Origin: Squalus acanthias
Lineage: Eukaryota
DNA length: 64,000 nt
Reading direction: 5' to 3'
NCBI GenBank assembly: GCA_030390025.1
Contig: CM059438.1
Span: 67,210,001-67,274,000, forward strand
Shown: piece by piece, positions 62,251-64,000 of the stretch
Numbering within the stretch: the stretch's first letter is position 1
Layout: every line of letters begins with the position of its first letter
Notes under the pieces: model-generated
Seen by the model: only the letters and a program-made list of their open reading frames with translations
The model's database searches: none
What the model was told of the DNA's origin: nothing
Program-made: the position numbers and the translations under genes

Positions 62251-62529
62251 TGTTGTTGTTGTTCTATATATAAAGAATGATTTTTCCAGCCTCCGCATTA
62301 ATCCTTTCTGTGATTATCTTAACTTTGTGCCCTCTCATTACAGCTTCACCAACTTGTTGCAACAACCTATCACTATTTACCTTGCTATAATGCTTCATGA
62401 TCTTGAATAGTTCTATCAAGTCACTCTTCAGCTCTAATGAAAGAAACCCTGATTTGATTGCGGTACCGCCCCCTCTCCCCATCTGGAGGTGCTCTGGAAG
62501 AGAAAACACTTCCTCAGGTAGTTTTTGGG

Positions 62530-63010
62530 TCCAGCTGTGGCTCAGTGGGTAGCACACTCGCCTCTGAATCAGAAGGCTGTGGGTTCAAGTCCCACTCCAG
62601 AGGCTTAGAGCACAAAAATCTAGGCTGACATTCCAGTGCAGTTCTGATGGAGCGCTGCACTGTCGGAGGTGCCGTCTTTTGGATGAGACGTTAAACCGAG
62701 GCCCCGTCTGCTCTCTCACATGGATATAAAAGATCCCATGGCACTATTTCGAAGAAGAGCAGGGGAGTTCTCCCCGGTGTCCTGGCCAATATCTATCCCT
62801 CAACCATCATCACAAAAACAGATTACCTGGTCATTATCACATTGCTGTTTGTGGGAGCTTGCTGTGCTCAAATTGGCTGCTGCGTGTCCTACATTACAAC
62901 AGTGATTATACTTCTAAAGTACTTCATTGGCTGTAAAGCGCTTTGGGATGTCCGGTGGTCGTGAAAGGTGCTATAGAAATGCAAGTCTTCCTTTTCTTTC
63001 TTCTTTCTTT
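62530..63010 (+). mobile_element. DeuSINE (SacSINE1-like), full length
   Basis: A box tggctcagtgggtag, B box ggttcaagtcc, Deu core gtcttttggatgagacgttaaaccgaggcccc..aaagatcccatggcact, L2-like tail. Confidence 0.88.
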
Positions 63011-64000
63011 GGTATCAGTCATTCCACCTCCTTTAAATTGTAACACTCGCTCTAGAGTCGGGGCTGCCACACTTATAATACAGGCAGTGTTAGATTTTGA
63101 AATACAATGCAGCTCTTTTGGAATCTGCAAAAAAGCATAGCGGGAATACAAAAACCCACAGCTTTCATAGGTGCTGTCATTTTCCGTCAAAGCGTCAGCT
63201 TGGTACATTAAGAAGCATTTGCACAATCAAACACATGATTAAAACTACATGAGACATCTTTCATGTAATATGTGGGCAAGTGTGAATATATGGCAGCACT
63301 GGATACAGTAAGAGATTTAATTGAACTGTTAAAGCATGAAGTGGTTGTTAATTAAGTAACATTACAGAGTGTCTGAAATGGAGAATACACAGAGTGGTAC
63401 AGATGTGCTTGAGAGGCAACTAAAATTGCATTCCTTGCATACACTGGTCATATCATCGAACTTGTTAGCCATTGTTCAGAGAGTGAAGACTGCAGGAATT
63501 CTGGATTATAATCTGACATTATTACGATGGAAATCAAGAAAAAAAAAGACATTCAAGGCAGTGTTTAATGTGTTCATCTTCTTGGTGCGGTGTGTGCTCA
63601 TAACATTTCACTGCTGCTGAAATCTGCTGCGACATTTAAAACCCCGATGCTTCCAGCTCTATCCTTTAAGGTGGTGCTGCATGCCCACCATGAGAATCTG
63701 CTCTGCCAGATTCCCCTTCCTCCCTAACAGTGAGCTACCTATAAGCACCGCGACTTCTTCTGGCAGCTCGCCTGTTCCATTTAAATGAGACCTGACCACC
63801 AAATCGATCGGGCCTTCTGTGAACGTCATTGGGCAGGTGGGGCAGGCAGCCTGCCCATCATCCACCTACGCTGTGCTCCTCATCAAACCCGAGCGCTCTG
63901 TCTCTAGACAGCGTGCATATTAAATCAAAGGCCACAAAATCAATAGATGATTAATGAAATTGTGAGTGATGATAACACTTAACATTGAAATGTGATCATT

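Noticed and set aside
62530..62600. tRNA gene (also 46060-46131)
   Set aside because: A/B boxes run straight into SINE bodies; these are SINE heads.
1..64000. CRISPR array, operon or prokaryotic defence system
   Set aside because: No regularly spaced repeats or gene-dense region; the content is vertebrate interspersed repeats.

Overview
Repeat-dense vertebrate DNA with no recognisable host gene. An HE1/V-SINE and SacSINE1-like DeuSINEs point to a cartilaginous fish (shark or ray); this is inferred. The one long ORF (6081-8207) is a very young Penelope-like retroelement (RT + GIY-YIG). It is bracketed by apparently identical 571-bp inverted pseudo-LTRs, each carrying a minimal hammerhead ribozyme, and has an 11-13 bp TSD. 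It sits in one copy of a tandem duplication whose other copy keeps the empty site. A second Penelope family appears only as small non-coding, hammerhead-bearing pieces, two of them fold-back. Two decayed two-gene PIF/Harbinger transposons (DDE transposase plus convergent Myb/SANT gene) are accompanied by many non-autonomous relatives with A/T-only 3-bp TSDs. The rest is CR1, L2, RTE and another CR1-group LINE, several tRNA-SINE families, and hAT- and Tigger-type MITEs. Family names come from my own recognition of motifs, not database searches. Boundaries without a stated TSD are approximate (about +/-20 bp).
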